Shown: one piece after another, positions 61,551 through 64,000 of the stretch
Position numbering within the stretch: the first letter of the stretch is position 1
How the letters are laid out: each line of letters begins with the position of its first letter
Source: Asterias rubens
Taxonomy: Eukaryota
Reading direction: 5' to 3'
DNA: 64,000 nt
Assembly: GCF_902459465.1 (NCBI RefSeq)
Contig: NC_047081.1
Span: 9,796,001 to 9,860,000, forward strand
Translations under genes and position numbers: made by a program
The notes under the pieces: generated by a model
Seen by the model: only the letters and a program-made list of their open reading frames with translations
The model's database searches: none
Told to the model about the DNA's origin: nothing

Positions 61551-64000
61551 GTCTGTGGTGACTCTGTGGAGAATGGGGAATCGGGATCCTCTTACAATGT
61601 GTTGCCGCAAATAATTGATATTATTTGTGGGGTTATTGGACTGTGTAGTCATTCGTGGAATTACAGTGTGTTTATAATACTAGAACGTACTTGTGCCGAC
61701 ACATCTAGTTCTCAACTTTAGTGTTTTTGTTTTTCAATAAACCTACAGCAGAGTTTTTACATTGCCTGTCTATGACATGTACAGATTAATAATACATTTT
61801 AAAATTTACACACTGAAATTGATACAAATTTATTTCACTGTAAACTAATGTATGAAATAAATCATGCCAGCTTCAGAGCTGGTTTGAATTAAACTTAAAG
61901 GAACATTACAGAATTGGTTTTTGCTAACAAAACAGTTGCTGGCAGTGTAAGCACTTTATGTAATTCACCATACATAAACTCACAAACCTGTAGAAGTTTG
62001 AGATCGATCGGTCATCTGGGTCACAAGAGAATAGTGAAAAACCGATTACAAATTTTGCATTGCATTGATGCCAAAATAAAAATGAATAAAACGCTCACTG
62101 AGCGATAAACTCCAAACGCGAAGTTAGATTATTTATTTCTCATCAAACATGACATTTCAGACAGAAATATTTACAGGGGGGTCTAGCTCAGTTAACGTTG
62201 GAGTTTGTGTGCAATGGCCTGCTAAAGTGTGAAGGTGTTTTGTTAATTGTGATATTTCTCATGTCAGATGATCTGAGGCCTTCTAGGAATATTGTGTACA
62301 CAATTACCTACAGGCTATCAGTTTCAAGTTCACTGGTCTACGTGTATGTTCTTACAAGGGCCATGTATTATGTGTCCAACTACACATGTTGTGACAATCA
62401 TTTAATCATTAACCATGGGGACTATTTGTTTCATGCCCTCGCCACAAGTTCAAAGGTCGAGCGAGAAGCATGCATGGGGGGGGGGGGGGGAATTCAGGCT
62501 TTCCCGAACCTGAGGGTTGACCCTGTACATCCCTGTGGGAAAGCATTCAGCTCGCTGGCAAATTATAGGTTTGAGGAGGGTGAATGGCATCCTATAGGCC
62601 GTAACCTCGCCGACTTCACCTGTAGTGAAATGTAATACATCCTGTATAGTGTGAGCTGGTATATCAGCAGTCGTTGCAAATTGAGTTGCTAATCATGTCG
62701 TGCACCCACTTGGCAAATCACGGTCCTCCTGAGAATGGGGGGTTTGATCTGAGGCAATTCAATTCATTGGATGCCTGACTGATTGTTCAGGGGGTTAAAT
62801 CCGTCTATACTCCCAGGTGCAGTTATTACACCGTTTAGGCCTACCCATTGACTAGTAAAATGTCAACAGTCTGCTGAAGAAACCATCGCCGACAGAGTTT
62901 ACTTTAAACTAATAAAATGCTCACTCGTCGGGCCAACGAGATTTAGTCAAACACGGCTGCTTCACTTTACCTTAGGACAATTTGTAGTCCTTATCAGTGT
63001 ATGAAGTCCTAGTGCATTTGTCTTTTCCATTGCAGTGTTCACATACATGTATGAATGACCCTGACTTTAATTACATCCACTTTAAGGTGATGTTGTCTGT
63101 GCCACAAGCAAGCGCACACACACAGGAAAAAAAAAATTGATTGATTGAAATCATGAACACAGTATCTCTCCAAAGCCGAAATAAATTAGTGTGCGCAGGA
63201 TGACCTGTGATACATTGTACATTGTACATCAAAACACTGCACATTTTATTTTACAGCAGTGTGACTTTTTTTGGTCGTCCTCCAGAGATTTTGTCTAGCT
63301 GTCTCCAGAAAGATTGAGAGAGTCAAATTGATCATGATTAAAATGGGCCATCTAAATTCAGAAAGGAACAGGAAATCAAGCCTTGTAGCCTGGGGTTGCA
63401 CAGGGGGTTAATAAGAAATTTCCTGGACAATTTAGATGGATTTCTGAACATTTCTGCGGTTTTTTCTTTTTTTTCTTTTCTTCTCTTGAGTCATAATTCT
63501 TCGACGTTATTATTCCACGATGCAAACTAAACCCCCACAAAAAATCAATGATGATTAAGTACATGTTGACCCACATGTATTTAATCCATTGGTTCTATAT
63601 ATCCCATACTACTTGAACTCTTTAAGCCAATGCAAATTGTAACGGGACAGTACGTTTATAATTACATGTGCCGACATGTACAAACACTAACAAGGGCATA
63701 ATTAATGTGCAGCAGTGCACTTTGAATTTGTCTGCAATGATATTATTTAATGAAGCAGGCGTAAGAAGTGGCACTGCATTAGTATGCAGCTATTTCAACA
63801 GTTCAGTCAAGGTTACACAGGGGTTGTGTCAAGTGCATCTGACCTGCAATGATGGTCTCACATGCACCCACAGGTGTTGGCGACAACTAGTCCTTGCAAC
63901 CATTTTCTGTCCGTGCATGACAAATACATGTAGTACAGCACTTTACAAACGTGTTCCTGATGTATTCAAAGTGAATTAAAATCATCTTTTATTATAAATG

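Noticed and set aside
47144-62490. Poly-G runs (47144-47156, 51076-51089, 62476-62490) as G-quadruplex elements
   Set aside because: Simple homopolymers of uncertain assembled length; no supporting context.
62198-62635. 145-aa ORF containing HPCGKAFSS (zinc-finger-like)
   Set aside because: Lacks the first Cys pair spacing and terminal His residues; includes a poly-G run; no splice support.

Overview
AT-rich eukaryotic (animal) genomic DNA with GT-AG introns. Gene content, intron positions and repeat landscape suggest an invertebrate deuterostome, probably an echinoderm such as a sea star (inference). Exons were assembled by hand. Six complete genes form three consecutive head-to-head pairs: SPATA5L1/AFG2B (-) with MRPL54 (+), a methylthioribose-kinase (MtnK)-like gene (-) with ATG5 (+), and PEX11 (-) with ADK (+). 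They are followed by the first coding exon of a KAT6 (MOZ/MORF) acetyltransferase (+), whose remainder lies beyond the window. Non-coding DNA is dense in non-autonomous elements: about 12 TTAA-flanked Kolobok/T2-type MITEs, CWG-flanked Harbinger-type MITEs, tRNA-derived SINE fragments and a P-like MITE. Best leads: (1) an intact 8-exon animal MtnK-like kinase with altered substrate-binding motifs; (2) alternative first exons giving nuclear-long and cytosolic-short ADK; (3) a nascent in-frame ADK cassette exon made by partial exon duplication plus an acceptor-creating mutation; (4) tiny TAG...CTA foldback elements with 9-bp target duplications near 5' ends of housekeeping genes; (5) ADK-KAT6 microsynteny shared with human. 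No database searches were run.
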